DNA of 64,000 nucleotides from Alphaproteobacteria bacterium (GTDB lineage Bacteria; Pseudomonadota; Alphaproteobacteria; CALKHQ01): NCBI GenBank assembly GCA_965227515.1, contig CBDDFZ010000001.1, positions 2,944,001 to 3,008,000 of the forward strand, read 5' to 3'. Shown piece by piece: positions 9,817 to 17,822 of this stretch (position 1 is its first letter; each line of letters starts with the position of its first letter). The notes under the pieces were generated by a model. It saw only the letters and a program-made list of their open reading frames with translations, ran no database searches and was not told where the DNA came from. The position numbers and the translations under genes were made by a program.

Positions 9817-10365
9817 ATGACAAACCCAACAATGCTGGCGACGGTGGCAATTCTTGCTGGGACCGTGCTGGGCTGTGCCCGTGGACCGGCAACACCACGG
9901 TTGGAGTACTACCCGCAAAATCCGGTTGAGCGTGCCCATGTCTGGCCCAGAACGATCGCAGAGGAATGTACCGCAGAATTCCTTAGATCGAAGGTGGCGT
10001 CGATGGTGTCGATTGATGATGCCGTCGACCGGTTTCAAGAGCTTGAATGGGACTGCGCCCAGAACGATCATGGTGCGGTGTGTACATTCGAGTTCACCTA
10101 TTTTGATGCTGCTATTCGCAAAGTATATGATCCAACTCTGTTCCAAAATGACGTTACTATACATATGGAGTTATTGGAGGTGGATGATCGAATATTCATT
10201 AACGATTTGAACTTCGAGGAGTTAACCTCAGAAGTAACTGAACAAGAATATCGCGCTGGGATGTTGGAGCTTCGGCAATTGGGTGATTTTCTGCCTAGCT
10301 CGGAGCTTTCGGTTGAGGACTATATGAACAACTGTGAGCCAGAGGTGCCTAGCAATGAGCAATGA
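9817..10365 (+). CDS. Lipoprotein, putative immunity protein copy A
   Basis: Lipobox VLG-C; aligns by eye along its length with 10510-11031 (YP.N..ERA..WP, W.C, CT..F.Y.D.AI.KVYDP, EV.E.EYR, NCE); AT-richer DNA. Confidence 0.75.
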   Translation: MTNPTMLATVAILAGTVLGCARGPATPRLEYYPQNPVERAHVWPRTIAEECTAEFLRSKVASMVSIDDAVDRFQELEWDCAQNDHGAVCTFEFTYFDAAIRKVYDPTLFQNDVTIHMELLEVDDRIFINDLNFEELTSEVTEQEYRAGMLELRQLGDFLPSSELSVEDYMNNCEPEVPSNEQ

Positions 10366-10504
10366 GAATTGGCTTGTAGAAATGGGATCATATCCAATAC
10401 CAGGCATTGGTGGCGGGTATGCACACTGTTTTGTGGTGATCACGGATCCGCTGAGAAATCCGTGGTTAGTAAATTGCAACCGTCTTGCGACCTTTAAGGA
10501 GTGA
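10355..10504 (+). pseudogene. 49-aa truncated copy of the N-terminus of 11040-12062 (orphan toxin head)
   Basis: Hand translation MSNENWLVEMGSYPIPGIGGGYAHCFVVITDPLRN versus MARNENWRVEMGSYPIPGIGGGYAHSFIMIIDPMGN. Confidence 0.85.
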
Positions 10505-10509
10505 AGAGA

Positions 10510-11031
10510 ATGGCAATCCAACACATTTTTGTTTTCGTAACCATCGCCCTTTCGGCGGTGGGGTGTTCACGCCAACCTTCAGCTCCTGCGTACGATTTCT
10601 ACCCCACAAATGAAATTGAGCGTGCATATTATTGGCCTGATGGCACACGCCAGGATTGTATCATCAGGCTCTTAAATAGCCGGCTGTCCGGCAGTCATGG
10701 CCTAGATGATATAGATGGTATTTTATCAAACATGGGTTGGTCGTGCGAATTGGATGGTGATCGACAAACTTGCACCTATTCATTTTCTTACTACGACAGC
10801 GCTATTCATAAAGTTTATGATCCAATTCGAATTCGTTATGATATCGAAATTCAGTCAGGTATTGCCCTTGGTGATTTTGATCAAATGATATCTAGTGTTG
10901 TTCTGAAGAATGAGAGAAATGAGGTGTCAGAGAATGAATACCGCATAGCGATTAGTCAAGGTTATGCCGACGGACGATATAGTGACGAAAGTCCGCCGTC
11001 GTTTTCTGATTTAGCCGCGAACTGTGAGTGA
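10510..11031 (+). CDS. Lipoprotein, putative immunity protein copy B
   Basis: AAGGAG RBS, lipobox AVG-C, four further Cys shared with copy A. Confidence 0.78.
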   Translation: MAIQHIFVFVTIALSAVGCSRQPSAPAYDFYPTNEIERAYYWPDGTRQDCIIRLLNSRLSGSHGLDDIDGILSNMGWSCELDGDRQTCTYSFSYYDSAIHKVYDPIRIRYDIEIQSGIALGDFDQMISSVVLKNERNEVSENEYRIAISQGYADGRYSDESPPSFSDLAANCE

Positions 11032-11039
11032 GGCCGAAG

Positions 11040-12062
11040 ATGGCAAGAAATGAGAATTGGCGAGTTGAGATGGGTTCGTATCCGATCCCAGGGATTGGTG
11101 GCGGATACGCGCACAGCTTCATCATGATCATCGACCCGATGGGCAACCGCTACCTGTTCGAAGGGCATGGTAAGGGGCGAGAAGGCACCGACGAGCCTGG
11201 TGGCTGGGAGCACTTCATTCCTTTTTATGATGATAGCATCAGTGCGGGAGAAGGGGACATATTCTTTGCGCACGAGCGCAATCGTTTCCTACTCTTCGAG
11301 GGGCCGAAGGAGATTGTATTTGACCAGATCCGGTCGGCACTGATTCTGGTATCCAATGCTATCAATGATGCCGATTTGGACTACGAGCCGATCACGTTGG
11401 ATCCGTTTGACGAAGCACAGAATAGCAATAGCGTTGTCCGCACCTACACCGATGTCATCGAGGCAATTGTCGAGCGCAATGGTGGTGAGTACCTGGGTGT
11501 CCCCGATTACTACACTGACGACGAGGTGCTGTGGCATCAGAACAATTCGGTCTATCTGCCGGGCTGGGATCGCAATCTGCTCGACCAGATTGGTGTCGAC
11601 ATACCGGATCTGATCGAGCAAGCGGCACCTACGTCCCTGCCATTGCCATTGCACGGTCAACCCAGGGGCGCGCAGGATCAAGCGCTCGTGGGTGGGCAGC
11701 GTTCCGATGCCGCGACCACGTCAGTTTCGGGCGCCGCATCCGGTAGTGCCGCGGCCCGCGGTAATGCCTCCACGCGGACGTCGGCGACGTCGTTGCTGGG
11801 GAGATTATCGGCTGCCACGAGTTCGGCAACCGCCAAAAGTACCGGCAGCAAGACAGCCAAGAAAGCAGCCGACGGCAAACTGGCCAAGGCGCTCAGTCAA
11901 CCGCGTGACCCATGGGAATCGCTACTGACGGTGCCAGGGGCCTCCATGAACAAGCGCCAGAAAGAACAAATAGTGAAAACGCGCGCTTCGTCGACAATCG
12001 CGACCCGACGTTCGGGCCGGCGACGGCGACCTGACCACGATGTTGTAGCGCCGACCGCCTAA
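11040..12062 (+). CDS. Putative effector/toxin: N-terminal permuted papain-like domain, low-complexity linker, short C-terminal module
   Basis: YAHSF...Y.......NSNSVV...LPGW pattern; A/S/T/K-rich linker; DNA becomes more GC-rich around 11630. Confidence 0.6.
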   Translation: MARNENWRVEMGSYPIPGIGGGYAHSFIMIIDPMGNRYLFEGHGKGREGTDEPGGWEHFIPFYDDSISAGEGDIFFAHERNRFLLFEGPKEIVFDQIRSALILVSNAINDADLDYEPITLDPFDEAQNSNSVVRTYTDVIEAIVERNGGEYLGVPDYYTDDEVLWHQNNSVYLPGWDRNLLDQIGVDIPDLIEQAAPTSLPLPLHGQPRGAQDQALVGGQRSDAATTSVSGAASGSAAARGNASTRTSATSLLGRLSAATSSATAKSTGSKTAKKAADGKLAKALSQPRDPWESLLTVPGASMNKRQKEQIVKTRASSTIATRRSGRRRRPDHDVVAPTA

Positions 12063-12078
12063 CCGATACCGCTTCGCC

Positions 12079-12106
12079 GGGCGCCCATCACGAGGCGCCT
12101 TTTTTT
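12079..12106 (+). terminator. Intrinsic terminator after the cassette
   Basis: GGGCGCC-CATCACGA-GGCGCCT followed by a T run. Confidence 0.7.
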
Positions 12107-12136
12107 GTTTCCCGAACCCCCTGCAACGGAGGCCCC

Positions 12137-12694
12137 ATGTCCTCGATCGTGGACATCTGCAACCGCGCGCTCGACAAGCTGGGCGAGCAGCCGATCACCT
12201 CGCTGGCCGACGACACCAAGCCGGCGCGCGCCTGCAACCGCGCGTTCGAGCCGGTGCGCGACGCGGTGCTGCGCGACCATCCGTGGAACTTCGCCATCGC
12301 GCGCGCAGCACTTGCTGCCAGCACGACGGCGCCGGCCTGGGGCTATGCCGCGCAGTACACGCTGCCGGTCGACTGCCTGCGGGTGGTGACGGTGGACACC
12401 ACTTGGCCGTGGACGGTGGAGGGTCGGGCGATCCTGACCGATGCCGGCGCGCCGCTCTACATCCGCTATGTGCGCCAGGAGACCGACGCCAGCCTGTTCG
12501 ATCCGCTGTTCGTGGAGGCGCTGGCCGCCCGGCTGGCGGTGGAGCTGTGCGAGGGGCTGACCCAGTCCAACACCAAGCGCGACATCGCGACCCGCTCCTA
12601 CAAGGAGATCCTGGCCCGCGCCCGTGCCATCGACGGCCGCGAAGCCTCCGCCGAGACCTTCGCCGACACCGCGTGGTTCGAAGCCCGGCGTTGA
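12137..12694 (+). CDS. Tail tubular protein A / adaptor (T7 gp11-like)
   Basis: SIVDICNRALDKLG, LRDHPWNFA, YTLPVDCLRV, FDPLFVEALAARLA. Confidence 0.88.
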   Translation: MSSIVDICNRALDKLGEQPITSLADDTKPARACNRAFEPVRDAVLRDHPWNFAIARAALAASTTAPAWGYAAQYTLPVDCLRVVTVDTTWPWTVEGRAILTDAGAPLYIRYVRQETDASLFDPLFVEALAARLAVELCEGLTQSNTKRDIATRSYKEILARARAIDGREASAETFADTAWFEARR

Positions 12695-12731
12695 TTGTGT
12701 TGATCCGCTGACTTGAACGATCCGAATCATA

Positions 12732-12746
12732 GAACAAATAACGAAC
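12732..12746 (+). promoter_or_regulatory. Perfect alphaproteobacterial LexA box
   Basis: GAAC-AAATAAC-GAAC in the AT-rich spacer 19 bp upstream of the nozzle start. Confidence 0.8.
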
Positions 12747-12765
12747 TTATAACCGCGAGACTGCC

Positions 12766-14817
12766 ATGCCCAAGGCCACACCTTTGCTCACCAACTTCAC
12801 CGCCGGCGAATGGGCGCCGACGCTGGAGGGCCGGATCGACCAGCAGAAATACGGCAACGCCTGCCGCCAGATGCGCAACATGTACCCGCTGCTGCACGGC
12901 CCGGTGCAGCGCCGCGCCGGCACCCGCTTCGTGCAGGAAGCGCATGATTCCAGCGTCGCCTGCCGCCTGCTGAGCTTCGAGTTCTCCACCGAACAGGCGT
13001 ATGTGCTGGAGTTCGGCGACGCCACCATGCGCGTGTTCATGGACCGCGGTATCGTGGAGACCGCGCCGGACACGCCGCTGGTGGTGACCAGCCCGTATGC
13101 CGCCGCCGACCTGTTCGCGCTGCGCACCGCGCAGTCCGCCGACGTGCTCTACATCGTCCACCCGGACTATGCGCCGCGCACGCTCACCCGCACCAGCCAC
13201 ACGAGCTGGACGTTCGCCGAGCTGTCGCTGCAGGACGGGCCGTACCTGCCGGTCAACGTCAGCGCGACCACGATGACGCCGGGCGCGCTCTCCGGCAGCA
13301 CGACGATGACCGCCAGCGCGGCGACGTTCGCGTCGACCGATGTCGGCCGGGTGCTGCGCTATCGCCCGACCACGGCGGCGGACTGGGGCTGGGCGCGCAT
13401 CACTGGCTTCACCAGCGCCACGGTGGTCGACATCACGTGGCACGCATCGCCCGGCGGGTCCGCCGGCGCGTCGACCGAATGGCGCCTCTGCGTGTGGTCC
13501 GACACCACCGGCTGGCCGACCACGGTGACGTTCTTCCAGGACCGGCTGTGCTTCGCCGGGGCGGCCGGCAGCCCGCAGCGCATCGACATGTCGCGCAGCG
13601 GCGACTACACCGCATTCGCGCCGACCGACCCGGATGGCAGCGTTGCCGATGATCACGCCGTGGGCGTCACCCTGAACGCCAGCAATGTCAACGCCGTGCG
13701 CTGGCTCGCCGACGACGAGAAGGGCCTGCTCGCCGGCTCGGTCGGCGGCGAGTGGATCGTGCGGCCGTCGTCGCTGGGCGAGGCGATCACGCCCGCCAAC
13801 GTGCAGGGCGCGCGCTCGACCAATTTCGGCAGCGCCGACGTGGCCCCGTTGCGGATCGGCCGCGCCGTGCTCTACGTCCAGCGCGCCCGGCGCCGGCTGC
13901 GCGAGCATGCGTTCGTGTTCGAGGACGACGGCTTCCGCTCGCCCGACGTCAGTATCCTGGCCGAGCACCTGATCAGCCCCGGCGTGGTCGAGATGGTCTA
14001 CCAGCAGGAGCCGTCCAGCATCGTCTGGGTGGTGCGCGTCGACGGGCGGCTGCTGGGCCTGACCTACGTCCGCGAGCAGGACGTGCTGGGCTGGCACCTG
14101 CACACGCTGGGCGGCCATGCCGATGCCGGTGACACGACGCCGGCGGCGGTGGAGAGCATCGCCACCATCCCGTCGCCGTCGGGCGACCGCGACGAGCTGT
14201 GGCTGGTGGTGCGCCGCCACATCGATGGGGCGACGGTGCGCTACGTTGAGTACATGGAGGCGCCGCTGGCCGAGGGCGGGGAGGGCGAGGACGCCTTCTA
14301 CGTCGATGCCGGGCTGACCTACGACGGTGCCGCGGCCGACACCATCACAGGCCTCGACCATCTGGAAGGCGAGACGGTCAGCGTGCTGGCCGATGGCGCC
14401 ACCCATCCCGACGTCACCGTTTCGGGGGGCGCGATCAGCCTGGAACGCGAGGCGGCGAAGGTGCAGGTCGGCCTGGGCTACGCCTGGCTGATGCAGACCA
14501 TGAACATCGAGGCGGGCTCGGCCTCGGGCACCGCCCAGGGCAAGACCAAGCGGCTGCATCGCTGCATCGTGCGGCTGCGCAACACGCTGGGCGCCACGGC
14601 GGGGCCGGACGAGACGACGCTGGACCCGATCCCGCAGACCATGTTCCGCCCGGCATCGGTGCCGATGGACCAGGCGGTGCCCTTGTTCAGCGGCGATGCC
14701 GACCTCGCCTGGCCGGGTGGCTATGAGTCCTTCGGCCGGGTGACCATCGGCGGCAGCCTGCCGTTGCCGGCCATGGTGGTCAGCATCACGCCGTTCCTGA
14801 TCACGCAAGATCGGTAG
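12766..14817 (+). CDS. Tail tubular protein B / nozzle (T7 gp12-like)
   Basis: NFTAGE, GPVQRRAGTRFV, WPTTVTFFQDRL, GLDHLEGETVSVLADG. Confidence 0.9.
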   Translation: MPKATPLLTNFTAGEWAPTLEGRIDQQKYGNACRQMRNMYPLLHGPVQRRAGTRFVQEAHDSSVACRLLSFEFSTEQAYVLEFGDATMRVFMDRGIVETAPDTPLVVTSPYAAADLFALRTAQSADVLYIVHPDYAPRTLTRTSHTSWTFAELSLQDGPYLPVNVSATTMTPGALSGSTTMTASAATFASTDVGRVLRYRPTTAADWGWARITGFTSATVVDITWHASPGGSAGASTEWRLCVWSDTTGWPTTVTFFQDRLCFAGAAGSPQRIDMSRSGDYTAFAPTDPDGSVADDHAVGVTLNASNVNAVRWLADDEKGLLAGSVGGEWIVRPSSLGEAITPANVQGARSTNFGSADVAPLRIGRAVLYVQRARRRLREHAFVFEDDGFRSPDVSILAEHLISPGVVEMVYQQEPSSIVWVVRVDGRLLGLTYVREQDVLGWHLHTLGGHADAGDTTPAAVESIATIPSPSGDRDELWLVVRRHIDGATVRYVEYMEAPLAEGGEGEDAFYVDAGLTYDGAAADTITGLDHLEGETVSVLADGATHPDVTVSGGAISLEREAAKVQVGLGYAWLMQTMNIEAGSASGTAQGKTKRLHRCIVRLRNTLGATAGPDETTLDPIPQTMFRPASVPMDQAVPLFSGDADLAWPGGYESFGRVTIGGSLPLPAMVVSITPFLITQDR

Positions 14818-14828
14818 TAGGGCGAGTC

Positions 14829-15266
14829 ATGGAACTCGTACCGTTCCGGCCCGCCCATCTGGCGCGGCTGAGGCTGCAGCGCGCCCAGGTCCATCTCGGC
14901 GTGCTGCTGGACGATCCCGGTTACGGCGTGGCACTGGCCGAGGCCGGCCCCGCGTTTACGGGAGTTCATCGCGGCGCGGTCGTCGGGTGCGCCGGCCTGT
15001 CCGAACTGTCGCCGGGCCGGGCCTATGCCTGGGCGCTGTTGTCCGACTGCCGCGCGGTGCCGTTCCGGGCCGTGCACCGTGCCGTCGTCGACGTGCTGAA
15101 TGCGAGCCCTGTCCGCCGGATCGAGACCGCTGTCGACAGCGGGTTTGGCGCCGGCGAGCGCTGGGCGCGCTTGCTCGGCTTCGGGTGGGAGGGGCGGATG
15201 CGCGCCTATCTGCCGGATGGCGGCGACGCCGAACTCTATGCCCGCATCCGCTCGCCGGATGCCTGA
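14829..15266 (+). CDS. GNAT-fold phage protein (T7 gp13-like position)
   Basis: RRIETAV...RWARLLGF..EGRMR GNAT-like C-terminus; follows the nozzle gene. Confidence 0.7.
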   Translation: MELVPFRPAHLARLRLQRAQVHLGVLLDDPGYGVALAEAGPAFTGVHRGAVVGCAGLSELSPGRAYAWALLSDCRAVPFRAVHRAVVDVLNASPVRRIETAVDSGFGAGERWARLLGFGWEGRMRAYLPDGGDAELYARIRSPDA

Positions 15267-15300
15267 CCGCCACCAGTACAAACCACGAGGAGAGACGCCC

Positions 15301-15723
15301 ATGGGCGCGGACATCTTCACCATCGGCACCACGCTGCTGACCACGCTTGCCAACGTGTCGCAGCAGCGCGCCCGTGCGGACGGCGCCGACAACCAGGCGC
15401 AATTCGCGCGCGCCCAGGCCGCCGCCGATGCGGCCGAGGTGCGGCGCAAGGCGCGCAAGGACCTGTCGACACGCCGGGCGCGCATCGGTGCCGCCGGCAT
15501 CACCGTGGAGGGCTCGCCGATCGAGATCCTGGCCGATACCGCGGCCGAGCATGAGATCGAGGCCAAGGACATCGAGAACAGCGGCGCCCTGTCGGCCTAT
15601 CGACACGACCTGACGGCGGATCAGGCGCGGTCCGAAGCCGGCAAGGCCTTGCTGGGCGGGTTCAACACGATCGGCCGCTCGGTGCTGTCGGCCGCCCCGT
15701 CACGTGGACGCACTGGCACATAG
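15301..15723 (+). CDS. Small internal virion/ejection protein (gp14-like)
   Basis: Ala-rich coiled coil with RARIGAAGITVEGSPIEIL motif; GAGGAG RBS. Confidence 0.7.
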   Translation: MGADIFTIGTTLLTTLANVSQQRARADGADNQAQFARAQAAADAAEVRRKARKDLSTRRARIGAAGITVEGSPIEILADTAAEHEIEAKDIENSGALSAYRHDLTADQARSEAGKALLGGFNTIGRSVLSAAPSRGRTGT

Positions 15724-15756
15724 GCGCACTGGCACGTAGGCGCACTGGCCCGTAGG
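15709..15756 (+). repeat. Three tandem 16-bp repeats CGCACTGGC(A/C)C(A/G)TAGG overlapping the stop codon
   Basis: Units at 15709, 15725 and 15741. Confidence 0.9.
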
Positions 15757-15792
15757 CGCGGGCCTCACCCCACTTCCCGACCATTGGAGACC

Positions 15793-16284
15793 ATGATGAT
15801 GCGATCCCATGACATGGCTGACGCTACGCCGCAGGACCCCGGTCCCCTCGACCTGGGTCCATATGCCGGCGAACCGCCGGCCGACCCAAACGATTTCGAC
15901 TTCTCTTCGATCCGTCTGGACCCGGACGTGCCGATCGAGGCGCACCAGCGCGCGCTGGAAACGGTGCGGGCCTGGTTCACCGAAGCCGGCCTGTCGCTGG
16001 GCGAGGCCCAGACGCTGGTCAACCGCTTCAACGAGGCGATGGACCCGTACTCCAGTCGACCCGAAGGCGAGGGCGACGACCTCACCGCAGCCGCGCGCCA
16101 TTACCTGACCGTCCGCTGGGGCGATCATTTTGAACAAAACATGAATATCGTTGCCGACGCCATCCAGCGGCTGGGCGGCAATGCGCTGGAGGCGATGCTG
16201 CGCGCCGCCCACCTGCGGTTCGACCCGTTCGTCGTGCGCACGATCTTCAATGTCGCCGCGCGCAAGGGATGGGCCGACGCATGA
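15793..16284 (+). CDS. Capsid scaffolding-like protein
   Basis: WFTEAGLSLGEAQ.L and L..RWGDHFEQNM..V..AI..LGG..L..ML....L..DP.VV pattern resembles podophage scaffolds. Confidence 0.55.
   Translation: MMMRSHDMADATPQDPGPLDLGPYAGEPPADPNDFDFSSIRLDPDVPIEAHQRALETVRAWFTEAGLSLGEAQTLVNRFNEAMDPYSSRPEGEGDDLTAAARHYLTVRWGDHFEQNMNIVADAIQRLGGNALEAMLRAAHLRFDPFVVRTIFNVAARKGWADA
16132..16146 (+). promoter_or_regulatory. Intragenic LexA-type box
   Basis: GAAC-AAAACAT-GAAT; same spacer as the 17808 box; AT-rich patch inside a GC-rich CDS. Confidence 0.5.
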
Positions 16285-16925
16285 CGGCACAGCCCAACAC
16301 CATGCCCGACCGGCCGCGCGCCGGGACGGGCAACGGCCTGATCGCCGACGTAGACCTCGGCGAACGGCTGGATGCCCTGTTGGCCAAACGCGATGAGGCA
16401 TTTGCACGACTGACCGACCTGGAAGCCAAGCGCGCCCATCTGGCCCTGCAGGTGCACGGTGGCGACAAGGCGGCGGAGAAGGAGCTCAACCGGACCCGCT
16501 CGCAGATTGCCCGGCAGTCGGCCCTGGCTGCCGATCTGGACGCCGCCGTCGATGTCGCCCACGCCCGAATCGCAGAGGCCGATGGCTCGGCGGCGGCGGT
16601 CGCGGACGACAGCATGGCATCAATCGTGCGTGAACTTGGCGCCCGGCGGTTGGAGCTGGCGCGCGAGATCGAGGGCCACGTCGAGTCGGTCGCCGAAGCC
16701 TATCGCCGCATGCTGCGCCTGACCGACGAATTCCGTCTGGCCGGGCTGGCAAATGGCCCGCTTGGCGCTGAACTCAACCGCTTCCGCGACCGGTTTGGCT
16801 TCTACCTGGAGACCATGCTTGACTTTGTGGGAGGCAGCCCTGTTCATTGCAGCCATCCGCACTATCGTCGGCTGGCGGCATTGCTGCTGGATGGCGATGC
16901 GTTGGCGTCGTTGCGGTCGCGTTAG
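16281..16925 (+). CDS. Hypothetical coiled-coil phage protein
   Basis: ATGA overlap with the previous gene; Ala/Leu/Arg heptad pattern. Confidence 0.7.
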   Translation: MTAQPNTMPDRPRAGTGNGLIADVDLGERLDALLAKRDEAFARLTDLEAKRAHLALQVHGGDKAAEKELNRTRSQIARQSALAADLDAAVDVAHARIAEADGSAAAVADDSMASIVRELGARRLELAREIEGHVESVAEAYRRMLRLTDEFRLAGLANGPLGAELNRFRDRFGFYLETMLDFVGGSPVHCSHPHYRRLAALLLDGDALASLRSR

Positions 16926-17063
16926 CAGGCTGGCGCACCGGGGCAGCAGAGGGCCGGCCGGGGCGGTTGCCTTATTGGATCGGCGTCAGGTAATGACACG
17001 CGTATCGAAGGCGCAAATGCTATCCAGAGCGCAGCCAGGATCGCGCTGCTTCGGGACCACCTA

Positions 17064-17756
17064 GTGCAAGAATTCCTCGCCAATATCGTCACCACCTTCG
17101 GCGACCTCGTCGCATCGTTCGGCTACATCGTCATCGGGCTGGTCATTCGCCGGCTGTGGGCGGTCATCCTGCTCGCGGTGGTGTGGGCGGTCATTTCGTA
17201 CGGCCTCTATCAGTCGGACCAGCTCGGCATCGAGATTACCGAGGTGGTCAATCAGATCGACTGGGACGCGGCGCAGGAGACGTTGCCGATACGCCTCGTC
17301 ATCGCGGTCGTCATCAGCGCGTTCGCCTGGTTCTGCATGAGCCTGATGATCGGCAGCTTCCGGCCGCGCAAGCGGCGCCGGGCGGCGGCCGCATCGGCGC
17401 GGGAGATGCCGAGCGACAAGCTGCCGCCGCTGCCACGCGGTGCCGGCGGGGGCAGGGGCGATGGCCGGCAAGAGCCGTCCTTCGTCGCGCCGGCGCCGGA
17501 TGCCGGTCAGGTCGCGGCACCAGTGGCCACGGCCGCTGCCGCACCGGCGATGATGGAGCCTGCGGCACCGCCGCCGATGACGCCGCCCATACCGCAGCAG
17601 CCGGCCGAGGCGCCGGTGGCTCCCCCTGCGTCTGGCGACGATGCCTACGGTCCGGCGGCCACTGCCGACAAGCTGGGGCGCATCTACTCCGAGCGGGAAC
17701 TGGACGACCTGATCGCCGCCCTGCAGGAAAAGCGCGCGCGCCCCTCCGAAGACTGA
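17064..17756 (+). CDS. Hypothetical membrane protein with Pro/Ala-rich tail
   Basis: About three N-terminal hydrophobic segments, low-complexity linker, short helical C-terminus. Confidence 0.7.
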   Translation: MQEFLANIVTTFGDLVASFGYIVIGLVIRRLWAVILLAVVWAVISYGLYQSDQLGIEITEVVNQIDWDAAQETLPIRLVIAVVISAFAWFCMSLMIGSFRPRKRRRAAAASAREMPSDKLPPLPRGAGGGRGDGRQEPSFVAPAPDAGQVAAPVATAAAAPAMMEPAAPPPMTPPIPQQPAEAPVAPPASGDDAYGPAATADKLGRIYSERELDDLIAALQEKRARPSED

Positions 17757-17807
17757 CCGGTTGCCGGGCTGCCTGATGGCGGTCCGTCCGGTTGCGTCTC
17801 GAAAAAG

Positions 17808-17822
17808 GAACAAAACATGACC
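17808..17822 (+). promoter_or_regulatory. LexA-type box overlapping the tail-fibre start codon
   Basis: GAAC-AAAACAT-GACC. Confidence 0.55.

Noticed and set aside
15709-15756. CRISPR-like array (also 32431-32470 and 49147-49201)
   Set aside because: Units are 12-16 bp, directly tandem without unique spacers, and there are no cas genes.
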